Assembly (NCBI GenBank): GCA_963832165.1
Contig: CAWHTE010000007.1
Location: forward strand, 192,001-256,000
Reading direction: 5' to 3'
Source of the DNA: an uncultured delta proteobacterium
GTDB lineage: Bacteria; Myxococcota_A; UBA9160; SMWR01
DNA length: 64,000 nt
The notes under the pieces are model-generated. The model saw only the letters and a list, made by a program, of their open reading frames with translations, made no database searches and had not been told where the DNA came from. A program made the position numbers and the translations under genes. Numbering within the stretch: position 1 is the stretch's first letter; every line of letters starts with the position of its first letter. Shown one piece after another: positions 12,112-22,652 of the stretch.

Positions 12112-12582
12112 ATGCCCGAGACCAAGATCCGACCCTGGACCCCGAGCGAAGAGCGATTCGGAACCGTCGCCGTGCGCATCATGTCGGTGGTGAACACCGC
12201 CGTGTTTCGGCTGAGCGGCGGAAGACTCGGGAGCCGGTTCATGCGCGGCGCGCCCGTTTGCCTCGTGACGACGACTGGCGCGCGCAGCGGCACGCGCCGG
12301 ACCACGCCGCTGATCTACCTCGCCGACGGTGAGGACGTGGTGATTGTGGCGAGCAAGGGCGGCATGAGCCACCACCCGGCCTGGTACCACAACCTCGCGA
12401 AGCATCCAGAGGCCCAGGTGCAGATCGGCAGCACCGTGCGCGACATGGTCGCGCGCCGCGCAAACGATGCAGAGAAGGCGGCGCTGTGGCCGCGGCTCGT
12501 CGCGATCTATCCCGACTACGACGACTATCAGGCCCGCACCCCGCGCAACATTCCGGTGATGATCCTGTCACCGCAGCGATGA
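12112..12582 (+). CDS. Deazaflavin (F420)-dependent nitroreductase family protein (Ddn-like)
   Basis: TTTGARSG..RTTPL, VASKGG..HHPAWYHNL, YDDYQART.RNIPV. Confidence 0.92.
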   Translation: MPETKIRPWTPSEERFGTVAVRIMSVVNTAVFRLSGGRLGSRFMRGAPVCLVTTTGARSGTRRTTPLIYLADGEDVVIVASKGGMSHHPAWYHNLAKHPEAQVQIGSTVRDMVARRANDAEKAALWPRLVAIYPDYDDYQARTPRNIPVMILSPQR

Positions 12583-12610
12583 GCCCCGTCCCGTTCACGA
12601 GGAGACCCCC

Positions 12611-13432
12611 ATGTACGAGCAGATCCGCTACGAGGTGAGTGACCCGATTGCGACGATCACGCTGAACCGCCCGCAGGCGCTCAACGCGTGGACCGACCGC
12701 ATGGGGGCCGAGGTGAAGCACGCCGTCGCTGCGGCCGAGGCCGACCCCGGCGCGGTCGCGATCGTGATCACGGGCGAAGGGCGCGGCTTCTGCGCGGGCG
12801 CCGACATGAAGCTCCTGAGCGACATCAGCCAGGGAAGCCGCGGCTCCGGGGCTCCGGCCGAGCTCCTGGCCGACCCGGGCGACCCTGCGGCGGGGGCGGA
12901 CTTCCGCGGCACCTACACCTATCTGATGTCGGTGCGAAAGCCGATCATCGCCGCGATCAACGGCCCGATCGCGGGTATGGCCGTGCCGATCGCGCTCTGC
13001 TGCGACCTGAGATTCGCCTCGGACCGCGCCGTGTTCACGCTCGCGTTCTCGAAGCGCGGACTGATCGCGGAGTGGGGATCGGCGTGGCTCTTGCCCCGAC
13101 TGGTCGGGCCCGCGCACGCGCTCGATCTCCTGTTCTCGTCGCGCGTCGTCTCCGCGGAGGAGGCGTGTCGGATCGGGCTCGTGAACCGCGTCGTTCCGCA
13201 CGACGAGCTCCTGCCGACGGTGCAGAAGTACGTGGCCGAGCTTGCGTCCGCATGCTCGCCCGCCTCTTTGCAGATCATGAAGCGCCAGGTCTATCAGCAG
13301 CTCACGCGCGAGCTCGGGCCGTCGGAGAAGGAGGCGGTCCAGCTGATGGTGGAGAGCTTCGGGCGGCCCGACTTCAAAGAGGGCGTGGTGTCGTTCCTCG
13401 AGAAGCGGCCACCGCGCTTCGGGCGCGTGTAG
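12611..13432 (+). CDS. Enoyl-CoA hydratase/isomerase
   Basis: LNRPQALNA, FCAGADM, KPIIAAINGP, DFKEGVVSFLEKRPPRF. Confidence 0.93.
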   Translation: MYEQIRYEVSDPIATITLNRPQALNAWTDRMGAEVKHAVAAAEADPGAVAIVITGEGRGFCAGADMKLLSDISQGSRGSGAPAELLADPGDPAAGADFRGTYTYLMSVRKPIIAAINGPIAGMAVPIALCCDLRFASDRAVFTLAFSKRGLIAEWGSAWLLPRLVGPAHALDLLFSSRVVSAEEACRIGLVNRVVPHDELLPTVQKYVAELASACSPASLQIMKRQVYQQLTRELGPSEKEAVQLMVESFGRPDFKEGVVSFLEKRPPRFGRV

Positions 13433-13437
13433 CGCGC

Positions 13438-14040
13438 GTGCACAAGCTGGTGGGATTGCTTTCGGATCGCGGCGACGATCCGAAGCTCGACGTTCCGCAC
13501 CAGTGGCTGCGCGCCGACGCAACGGACGCGATCCTCGCTTCGCTCGCACAGAGACCCGCGCGCGCCGAACGGCACGCCGGCCTCGTGTTGGCCTGGCCGC
13601 GCGATGCGGCGCAGGGCACCGAGGCCGAGGCGACGCTCGGCCCCCACACGTCGGCGCTCTACCGCGTGCGAGAGGTGCTGCATTGGGACGAGCTCGGTCC
13701 CGGCGCCGACGCCGTGGTGCTGACCTATCTCGTGCGGCGCCGCGCGGACCTCTCGTTCGCGGCCTTCGAACAGCACTACCGGGAACGGCATGCGCCACTC
13801 GCGCGCGTCCACCACCCCGGGATCGCGCGCTACGTGCAGAACTACGTCGAGCCGCGCGCCGGCGAGCCGGCCGAGTTCGACGCGATCTCGGAGCTGTGGT
13901 TCCGCAGCGAGGAAGAGGCGCGCACGCGCTTCTACCGGGACGACGACAGCCGCCGCGTGATCACCGAGGACGTGCATCGCTTCATCGACCTGCGCGCAGG
14001 CAGTGCGTTCGCGGTGCGGCCGGGTCTCCCACCCGGTTAG
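13438..14040 (+). CDS. EthD-domain protein
   Basis: FEQHYRERHAPL...RYVQN...FDAISELWF; GTG start inferred. Confidence 0.8.
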   Translation: MHKLVGLLSDRGDDPKLDVPHQWLRADATDAILASLAQRPARAERHAGLVLAWPRDAAQGTEAEATLGPHTSALYRVREVLHWDELGPGADAVVLTYLVRRRADLSFAAFEQHYRERHAPLARVHHPGIARYVQNYVEPRAGEPAEFDAISELWFRSEEEARTRFYRDDDSRRVITEDVHRFIDLRAGSAFAVRPGLPPG

Positions 14041-14049
14041 AATGCCCGC

Positions 14050-14442
14050 GTGTCCCGCACCGCCTCTCGACGCTGGCTCTGGCTCGTCGCGCTCGCGACG
14101 ATGCCCGTGCCGTTCTACCTCGGCGAGGTGGAATGGGCCCCCGTGCTCCGGCTCGCGTTCCTGTGGTCGCTGCTCTCGCTCGTGCTGGTGGCCGAGGGCG
14201 GCCACACGCTGATCAGGATGTGCGCGCTCGGCTTCGTGCAGGCGGCGCTCTACATCGGCCTCTTCTACCTCGGCGCGGCTCTCGCGGCGCGGGCGGTCGA
14301 GCGGATCGCGGAGCCACCGCTGCGCGCGGCCGCGGTCGGCACCGCAGTGTTCCTGCTCGTCGTTTCGGCATGTCTGCCGATCTACCAGACGCCGCTCTCG
14401 AGCACGCGCCTCCACTCCGACCTCTGGCACCTGTTCGAGTGA
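14050..14442 (+). CDS. Small hypothetical membrane protein (about 4 TM)
   Basis: Hydrophobic 130-aa ORF; its stop overlaps the next start (GTGA). Confidence 0.65.
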   Translation: MSRTASRRWLWLVALATMPVPFYLGEVEWAPVLRLAFLWSLLSLVLVAEGGHTLIRMCALGFVQAALYIGLFYLGAALAARAVERIAEPPLRAAAVGTAVFLLVVSACLPIYQTPLSSTRLHSDLWHLFE

Positions 14443-16337
14443 GTCGGCGCGGCATCGTTCTCGGTCTCGCGGCGTTCGTGTTGCTCGCGCCGGCTACCGC
14501 AGCGACGGTCGAGCGCACCGAGCAGCGCGAGCCGTGTGCGGCGCGCGACGCGCTGCGCAGGCCGTACTTCGGCGATCTGCACGTGCACACGCGTTATTCG
14601 CTCGACGCGAGCACCCAGGGCACGCGCACACGGCCGAGCGAGGCCTACGCCTTCGCGCGCGGCGAGCCGCTCGGGCTGCACCCGTTCTCGGATCGCGGCG
14701 AGCCCGGCCGCACGGTGAAGCTCGCGCGCCCGCTCGACTTCGCCGCCGTCACGGATCACGCCGAGCTGTTCGGCGAGGTGAGCGTCTGCAATTCACCCGG
14801 GTCACCCGGCTTCGACTCGACGGTGTGCGTGATCTACCGCGGTTGGCCGCGGCTCGCGTTCTTCTTCATGAACGCGCGCGGCGCGCCGCGCTTCGGCTTC
14901 TGTGGCGAGGGCGGCCGCGACTGCATCGCCGCGGGGCAGGGCCCCTGGCGCGAGATGCAGGAGGCGGCCGAGGCCGCCTACGACCGCAGCTCCGCGTGCC
15001 GCTTCACGACCTTCGTGGGCTACGAGTGGACCAAGAGCGTGCAGTCGGCCAGCAACCTGCACCGCAACGTGATCTTCCGGAACGCCGCGGTGCCCGAGAT
15101 GCCCGCGAGCGCGGTCGATGCGCTGACGCCCGAGGACCTCTGGGACGCGCTCGACCGCGATTGCCGTGCTTCTCGGCCGGACTGCGATGCCGTGGTGATC
15201 CCGCACAACTCCAATCTCTCGGGCGGCTTCATGTTCGCACCCGTCGAGCTGCGCAGCGGCGAGCCGTTCACGCCGGAGTACGCCGCGCGGCGGGCCGACA
15301 ACGAGCGCCTCGTGGAGGTGGTGCAGCACAAGGGCGACTCGGAGTGCCGGATCGGCGCGGGCACGAGCGACGAGCTCTGCACCTCGGAGCTCCTGCCCTA
15401 CGACACGTTCATGGGTCGCTTCCTGCCGCTCGCGCGGAACGAGTCGCCCGCGCCGAGCAATTTCACGCGCACGGCGCTCGGCGCAGGCCTCGTGTACCAG
15501 GAACAGCTCGGCGCCAACCCGTTCCGCTTCGGATTGATCGGCAGCACGGATACCCACCTCGGAGCCGCGGGGCTCGTCGAGGAACGCGGCTATCCCGGCC
15601 ACGGCGGCGCGGGCATTCCGATCGGCGAGCAGCTGCCCGACGCGCTGCTCGATCCGATCGAGTACAACCCGGGCGGGCTCGCGGGCATCTGGGCCGAAGA
15701 GAATTCGCGCGACGCGCTGTTCGAGGCGCTGCGGCGCCGCGAGACGTTCGCGACCTCGGGCCCGCGCATCGTGTTCCGTCTGTTCGCGGGCTGGAACCTC
15801 GAATCGGATCTGTGCGGAGCCGACTTCGCGAAGCGCGCCGACGCAGCCGGAGTGCCGATGGGCGGTGAGCTCGGCGCGGCTCCTTCTCCGAGCGCGGCGC
15901 CCGTCGTCGCCGCGTGGGCGCTCCAGGATCCCGGAACCGCGGAACTGCCCGGCGTTCCGCTGCAGCGCCTCCAGATCATCAAGCTCTGGGTCGAAGACGG
16001 CACCGCGCACGAAGCCGTCATCGACGTGGCGGGTGACGCCGCCAGCCGCGCGAGCGTGGATCCGGAGAGCTGCGAGACGAACGGACCTGGATTCCCGCAG
16101 CTCTGCGCAGTGTGGCGCGACCCCGACTTCGACCCGCGCACTCCCGCGCTCTACTACGCGCGCGCCGTGCAGAACCCCACGTGCCGCTGGAGCGCATTCG
16201 CCTGCAACGCGGCGGGCGTGCGCTGTGAGGACTCGAGCACGATCCGCGTGGGCTTCGAAGCGTGCTGCGACGAGGCCTACCCGAAGACCGTGCAGGAGCG
16301 CGCCTGGACCTCGCCGGTCTGGTACACGCCGAAGTAG
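14439..16337 (+). CDS. Secreted DUF3604-family (PHP-like metallo-hydrolase) protein
   Basis: Signal peptide; FGDLHVHT, PLDFAAVTDHAE, LHRNVIFR, IPHNSNLS, GSTDTH, QERAWTSPVWY. Confidence 0.9.
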   Translation: MSRRGIVLGLAAFVLLAPATAATVERTEQREPCAARDALRRPYFGDLHVHTRYSLDASTQGTRTRPSEAYAFARGEPLGLHPFSDRGEPGRTVKLARPLDFAAVTDHAELFGEVSVCNSPGSPGFDSTVCVIYRGWPRLAFFFMNARGAPRFGFCGEGGRDCIAAGQGPWREMQEAAEAAYDRSSACRFTTFVGYEWTKSVQSASNLHRNVIFRNAAVPEMPASAVDALTPEDLWDALDRDCRASRPDCDAVVIPHNSNLSGGFMFAPVELRSGEPFTPEYAARRADNERLVEVVQHKGDSECRIGAGTSDELCTSELLPYDTFMGRFLPLARNESPAPSNFTRTALGAGLVYQEQLGANPFRFGLIGSTDTHLGAAGLVEERGYPGHGGAGIPIGEQLPDALLDPIEYNPGGLAGIWAEENSRDALFEALRRRETFATSGPRIVFRLFAGWNLESDLCGADFAKRADAAGVPMGGELGAAPSPSAAPVVAAWALQDPGTAELPGVPLQRLQIIKLWVEDGTAHEAVIDVAGDAASRASVDPESCETNGPGFPQLCAVWRDPDFDPRTPALYYARAVQNPTCRWSAFACNAAGVRCEDSSTIRVGFEACCDEAYPKTVQERAWTSPVWYTPK

Positions 16338-16364
16338 GTTCTCTTTCTCTCGACGGAGGACGCG

Positions 16365-17147
16365 ATGGCCGACGAGTTCATCACCCTCGAGTACGACGGC
16401 CCGGTCGCCGTGCTCAGCAACAACCGGCCCGATAAACACAACGCCGCAAACGATGCGATGGACGCCCAACTCTGGCAGGCGCTCGCCGAGCTGCACCGCC
16501 GCGACGACGTGCGTGCCATCGTGTGGCGCGGCAACGGCAAGTCGTTCTCGTCCGGGCGCGACACGACCCAGCTCGGCGTGCGCACCGAAGACATCAGCAA
16601 CCTCGACTTCATCGAGCGCGGGCACTCGGGCACGCAGATGTTCTTCACGGTGCCGGCACCGATCATCGCCGCGTTGAAGGGTTGGGTGATCGGCGGGTCG
16701 TTCGAGCGCGCGCTGCTCTGCGACCTGCGGATCGCGGGCGAGAGCGCCCGCATGCGGCTGCCCGAGATCCAGCACGGCGTAGTACCCGACTCGGGCGGCA
16801 CGGCGCGCCTGTTTCAGATGGCCGGCCACGGCATCGCGGCCGACCTCGCGCTCACGGGGCGCGTGCTCGACGCGCAGGAGGCGCTGCGCCACGGAATCGT
16901 GTCGCGCGTGGTGCCCGACGCGGAGCTCGACGACACGTGTCTCCAGGTCGCGCACGAGATCGCGAAGATGCCCGCATTCACGGTGAAGATGTTCCGACGC
17001 ACGCTGGGGCGGCTCGCGAACACTGCCGTGCAGGCTTCGATCCAGGAAGAGGCGGTCACCCAGGTGCTGACGCAGGCGTCCGACGACTACGCGGAGTTCA
17101 AGACCGCGCGCGCGGAGGGACGCGATCCCGTGTATCGACGGCGTTAG
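16365..17147 (+). CDS. Enoyl-CoA hydratase/isomerase
   Basis: NRPDKHNA, FSSGRD, PIIAALKGWVIGG, LPEIQHG. Confidence 0.9.
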   Translation: MADEFITLEYDGPVAVLSNNRPDKHNAANDAMDAQLWQALAELHRRDDVRAIVWRGNGKSFSSGRDTTQLGVRTEDISNLDFIERGHSGTQMFFTVPAPIIAALKGWVIGGSFERALLCDLRIAGESARMRLPEIQHGVVPDSGGTARLFQMAGHGIAADLALTGRVLDAQEALRHGIVSRVVPDAELDDTCLQVAHEIAKMPAFTVKMFRRTLGRLANTAVQASIQEEAVTQVLTQASDDYAEFKTARAEGRDPVYRRR

Positions 17148-17148
17148 G

Positions 17149-20100
17149 CTACGGCGCGTTCACGAAGGCGATCGCGCCGAGCGCGTTCTGCTTGCCGGCC
17201 CCGTAGTTGGAAGTGCCGACGAGTTGCACGTAGCGCTGTAGCGCTAGGCCGTTCACGCGCTGGCCCGCGTTGCTGACCGTTCCCCGGGCCAAGGTGCCCG
17301 TTGCGACGGTGACCGGGCTCACGAGCGCCTGTCCACCTGCGGCGAGCGTATTGCTCGTGCGGATCTCGTAGCCGCGGATCTCGGGGTCGGTCTGCTGCCC
17401 GTTGTAGTGCCACATCACGATCGCGTCGGCGACGCCCGGCGCGCCCAGGTCGAAGATCAGATTGGCCAGCGCGGTGCCACTATTCGTCGAGACGAAGCTC
17501 TTGGCCTGCTTGCCCGTGTGCAGCGAGCTCTGGATCGTGGTCGGGTTCACCACGACGCCCGTCAGCGCGAGCAGGTTGCCGATGCACTTCGAGGTGATCG
17601 AGGTGTAGTTCGTGCCGCACGGATTGCCGCGCCCGAACACGACCTGGGCCTGCGCATTGACGACGACGTCCCCTTGCCACCGGGTCGGATCGTTCGGGAA
17701 CGCGTCCGAATTGTCCCCGTGGCCGTCGCCGTCGCTGTCGGCCCACTCGGTGGGATCGTTCGGGAAGGCGTCCTGCGGATCGGGAACGCCATCGCCATCG
17801 GTATCGGGGGGCGGCGGTGGCGGTTGAACGTCGCCGGGGTTCAGCTCGCGCAGGAACGCAGCGAGCGCGGCCCGCTCGGCGGTGGTCGTGGTCACGTGAG
17901 CCGCGATCGCCGCATCGAGCGTCGCCGCGGAGCCGTCGTGGAGATACGGTGCGGCGCCCCAGCTGCCGAGCAGGGGCGGCGTGTCGAAGCCGTCGAGCGC
18001 CGAACCGAGCCGGCTACCGCTGCCGGCATGGATCGTTCCGACATTGTGTCGGGTGTTGAGCGCGCTGTCCGTGAACGACGCACCGGAGTGGCAGCTGCCG
18101 CAGGCCTTGATGGCAAAGGTCGCGCGGCCCTGCTCCGCCTGCGCCGAGAACGCGCCGTTTCGGAACGGGCTCGCGGGCGCCGTGTTCAGCGAGGCGACGT
18201 AGGCCGCGAGCGCGTCGAGATCGGCGCTGATGCCGGCCTTCGGATCGCCCAGCGGCGACGAGCGCGTGCCCGTGTTGAAGTCCGTGTTGCTCATGAGGCC
18301 GGTGCCGGCCGAGAGACCGCGGATCTGCCCCTCGAAGTCCTGCACCTCGTCGAAGTTGCCAGTCCAGTGCAGCGGGCCGTTGCCCATGCCGGCCTTGCCG
18401 CGCAACTCGATCGTATTGCGCAGGCCCTCACCGAATCCGGTGAGGTCCCACACGCGTCCGTCCTGGCCGCCGTCGTTGTGGCACGACGCGCACGAGATGT
18501 AGTTGTCGCGCGCGAGCCTGTCGTCGGCGGCGTCGTAGAACAGCTTCTTGCCCTGGAGCACGTTGGGCGCGAGCAGCTCGTTCGCGACGGTCGCGACGCT
18601 GCCGAGAGCGGTTGCCTGCGTCGAGCCCAGCGCGACCATGTTCGTGACGTCGAAGCGCGTGACGGTGCGATCCATGAAGTTGTGCACGTACAGCGTGCGG
18701 CCGTTGCTCGAGAACGCGACGCCCTGGGGCGCGCGGCCGACGGGAATCCGCGCGAGCTGGAAGCCCTGCTGCGTGTCGTAGACCGCCACTTCCTTGCTGG
18801 TCTCGAGCGCGACGAAGAGATACCGGCCGTCGCCCGTGATCGCCGCGCCGGTCGCGAGCCCCGCGTTGTCGTGATCGATCCGCTGTCCGGTGAGCTCCGT
18901 TCGCGAGGGCAGATCGACGACGGACGTCACCGCGCGCACGGTCTGGTCGAAGATCATTCCCACACGGCCGCGATAGGCGCCGCCCTCGACATTGTCCTGC
19001 TTCGACGGCACGTAGGCCTTCGAGCCGAAGAGGACTGGCGCGTTCAGGTAGTTCGCGATGCCCGGACCCGAGACCTCGGCGGGCGCGCGGCTCGAGTAGC
19101 CGAACGTGACCGTCTGCGAGAGCGTCATCGCGCCCGTCGCCACCACGAACAGCTGTCCGCCGCCGCCGCTCACGTTGACCACGTTCGTGTCCTCGCCGGG
19201 CAGCCGCGGCGTGACGAAGTTGGTGACGTAGAGCGTCTGGCCGTCGGCGCTCACGGCGAGATGGCGCGGCTTGCCGGAGAGCGCGGCACTGGCCGAGAGC
19301 GCTCCCGTGGAACGCGTGCGCTTGTCCACGCGCCCGAGCGCCTCGAGCGCGACGTAGAACGTGTCGCTTCCGGATGCGAACGAGATGCCGTGCGGCTGCG
19401 AAGCCACGGGCAGCGTGACCGTTCGCACGACCGCGAGCGTCTGCGTGCTGATCACCGAGATCGTCGCCGATCCCTTGTTCGCGACGAACACCTCGTTCGC
19501 GAGCGGCGCCTTGGCGAGCGACCAGGGCCGATCACCGACGCCGATCTCGGCCACCACCGCGCCCGCGGCGCTCATCACGGTGACCGTGCGCGCGTCGGGA
19601 TTCACGCTCCAGACCCGGTCGGCGCCGCTGCTGCCCTCCACGATCAGCGTCGTCGAATTGAACGGAGACGGCACCGACGCGACGCCGTGCTCGACCAGCC
19701 ACTTGCCCGGATCGCTCGGGAACACGTCAGAGTTGTCGCCGTGGCCGTCGCCGTCCGTGTCGGCCCACTCCGTGGGATCATTCGGGAACGCGTCGGTGGA
19801 GTCTGGAACACCGTCGCCGTCGGTATCGAGGTCGGGCGGCGGCGGGGCCGAGAACACGAGCCGCATCCAGTCGAGGCGGGTGCCCGCCTCGCGGTGGATC
19901 ACCTCGACCGTGTGAGTTCCGGCGCTGAGCGCCACGAGTACGGGATCGGCGCCGCCCAGGTCGCTCACGAAATCGGTCTGATAGGTGGTGTTGACCGGTG
20001 CCTCCCAGTCGAAGCCACTGCCGGGCTGGTCATCCACGGTGATCCAGAACGAGTTCTGCGAGGTGCTCGGCGCGTAGACGGCGCCCTCGAGCCTGTACTG

Positions 20101-22477
20101 GCCGGACTGGCTCACGTTGAAGGTGAGCACGGCCCGACTCGGGCTGGTGGGCCCACTCGTCACGGCGGTGCCGCTCGGAACCGAGATGTAGCGGCCGTTG
20201 CGCGCAGCGGCGTCGAGGCCGACCGTGAACGAGCCCGCGAGCACCGCGCTCTCGGCCTCCACGTCGAGACCATTGCCCGTGCTGCCGTCGTTGCGCAGCA
20301 CCTGGAAGGTCTGGCCGATCGACGGCACGCCCGCGCTGTCGACGGCGAAGATCCAGTAGTAGCCCGGCAGCAGCACGTTCGGGTTCGGCTCGAGCTGCAG
20401 CGCGTAGGAGCCGTCGCCGTTGCTCGTGAACGCGATCGGCAGGTAGCGCTGATCCGTGTTCATCGCGTGCGTGGTCGCCGAGAGCCGCACCATGCTGAAC
20501 TTCGCGATCGTTCCCGTCGCGAACACCGTGATCGAAGAGCCCGCGTCGCCGATCGCGGGTGCCGCCGTGATCGCGGGCCGCGGGGCCAGGCTGCCGTCCG
20601 CTGAGTAGAGGTAGGGCGGCGAGAAGATCTGTCCGTCGAGATGGTTCGCCGCACAGCCGTTGCCGCACGCGCCGCCACCCGCCGACAGCACGCGGCCATC
20701 CTTGAGCAGGATCGCCGTCGAGTGGTAGGTGCGGGCCACGGCCATGTTCGCGAGCGTGCGCCACTGGTTCGTGGTGGGGTTCCAGGCCTCGGCGGTCAGG
20801 ACGGAGCCCGCGTCGTCGAACTGCGCGCCGGTGTTGTTGCCGCCGATCACGAGCACGTCGCCGGTCGGCAGCGTCACCGAGTTGTGGAACGCGCGCGCAC
20901 TCGCCATCGGCGCCGCCGCCGTGATCACGGGGGTCGGGCCGTTGAGGTCGACGCGGTACACCGCGCTCGTGGTCGGCGGGTTCTGGGTGCGGTCCGAGCC
21001 GCCCACGAGCAGCACCTTGCCTTTGTCGTACGTAACCGCGTTGCCCCACATCCGCGTACGCGTGCCGACGGGCTGACCCAGCGACTGCACGCTGCCCGAG
21101 TTGCGCGGATCGAAGATGTGCCAGGTCTGGGTCGGCCCGCCGTGAAACACGCGCCCGTCCGGCGCGACCGCCATCTGGCCCCACCACTCGAGACCCCCAG
21201 CACCGTTCGCGGCCGATTGGCCGTTCTCGGAGTTCTGCTCGTTGAGCAGGTCCTGCATCGTCGCGCCGGTCGTCGCGGTCCAGCTGTTGTTCGCGGCGCT
21301 GTAGCGCTCGGAGGTATTGCCGGCTCCGTTCGCGAAGGTCGCGAACAGCTCGTTGCTCGGGCAGCGCGAGCACGGTGCTGTACCAGCGGTTCTGTGCCAT
21401 TCCCGCGAGCGCAGACCACGCGAGCGTCGCCGGGTTGAACGTGCTCGTGCGCGTGTCGAACGGATTGCCGCCGGCCGCAACGACCCGACCGTCCTCGAGC
21501 GTGGAGACACCCGCGCAGAACATGTCGTGGAAGTTGCTGTTGGTGGTCTGGAACGTCCCGGCGCTCGGATCGAACAGCGAGGAGTAGGTGAACTCCCGAT
21601 TGCTCGGGAACGCGTTCGTCTCGGTCGACGACCACGAGAGCACGCGCCCGTCGGGCAGGTTGGCCGCGCTGATCGCGATGTGCGGCCACGCGATCACGGA
21701 GCCCCAGGATCCGAGCGTCGACGTGGGGGGCGGCGGGGGCGGGGGCGGCGGCGCTCCTCCCGAGACGGCGGTGTTCATGTCGTTCTGGATCTCGGACTGC
21801 GAGAGCGCGCGGTTGTAGATCCGCAGATCGTCGATTCGTCCCGGGAAGAACTCATCGCTGTAGGTGTTGCCCCCGATGCGGAGCGGGTTGCTATTGACCT
21901 CGAGGCTGCCAGTGCGGCTCTGGCTGCCCACCTGGGTTCCGTTCAGGTACAGGCGCAGCGACGCTCCGTCGTAGGTGCCGGCCATGTGGGTCCACTCGTT
22001 CAAGGGCAGCGCGTTCGGTCCTTGCGCGGTGGTGCAACAGTTCCCAGCGAACGTCCCACCGACTCCCACCTTGTTGTCGCTCGTGTTGGCGTTCAGGTAA
22101 TAGGCATCTACTTCCTTCTGCAGGATCACCTTCCAGTCCGACATCGCCGACGTCGGATACACCCAGGCCTCGATCGTCATGCCCGTCGTCAGATCGAGCG
22201 AGCTCGAATCCGGGATCAGCACGACGTCGTTCGTGCCGTCGAAACTCAGCGCCGGGCCGTAGCGGCCCGACGGCGTCCGGATCGCGCCGCTGATCGAGCC
22301 GTGATTTCCCAACCCCGAGGCGTCGGCGACGGTGGGCCCGCTCGCTTCGTCGAACGCGTACGCAGCGACGAGGCCCGACTGGGCCGACGCCGTGCCCGCG
22401 GTGGCGGCCAGGAATCCCGCGATCCCGAGCGTCAGCATCCCCGTGCGAACGACGCGCTCGTCGACCATCTTGCGCAT
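17149..22477 (-). CDS. Large secreted multidomain protein: LamG - galactose-oxidase-like kelch + DUF1929 - CBM-like - Ca-binding TSP3-like repeats - YVTN propeller - di-heme cytochrome c peroxidase-like - C-terminal beta-sandwich; one frameshift near 21360
   Basis: Joins ORF 20030..22477 (N-part) and ORF 17149..21510 (C-part) by removing one base of the C run in CTGCCCGAGC; motifs HDMFCAG, RWY, RTYHS, TTHAMNTDQR, CASCH, CGSCH, DxDGDG repeats. Confidence 0.85.
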
Positions 22478-22546
22478 CTCCGAGGACCACCGGGTGAGCC
22501 ACAGGTTCGGCGGACGGGCCGACCCGACACCCGATGCTGCTCGACA

Positions 22547-22564
22547 TTGTGATCCAAATCACAA
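22547..22564. promoter_or_regulatory. CRP/FNR-family binding site (TGTGA-N6-TCACA)
   Basis: TTGTGATCCAAATCACAA matches the CRP consensus; lies in an AT-rich gap about 70 bp upstream of the oxidase-peroxidase gene. Confidence 0.75.
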
Positions 22565-22652
22565 AACAAGTGTTGGAAATAAGCTGCAGGGAAGCCGCAG
22601 CGATCCGCAACTCGCTCCTGGAACAGCCACTGCGAACTGGGTTTCTGGAGGA

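Noticed and set aside
17407..20604. Very long antisense or alternative-frame ORFs (e.g. 17407-20604 +, 46036-49005 +, and the N-terminal extensions of 8636-11650 -, 34810-38094 + and 6035-8635 +)
   Set aside because: These are Arg/Ala-rich shadow frames expected in high-GC DNA; they overlap clearly recognisable genes and carry no motifs.
21355..21365. Programmed frameshift or phase variation in the oxidase gene
   Set aside because: The site is only a 3-base run with no slippery heptamer or repeat tract, and similar breaks occur in unrelated genes.
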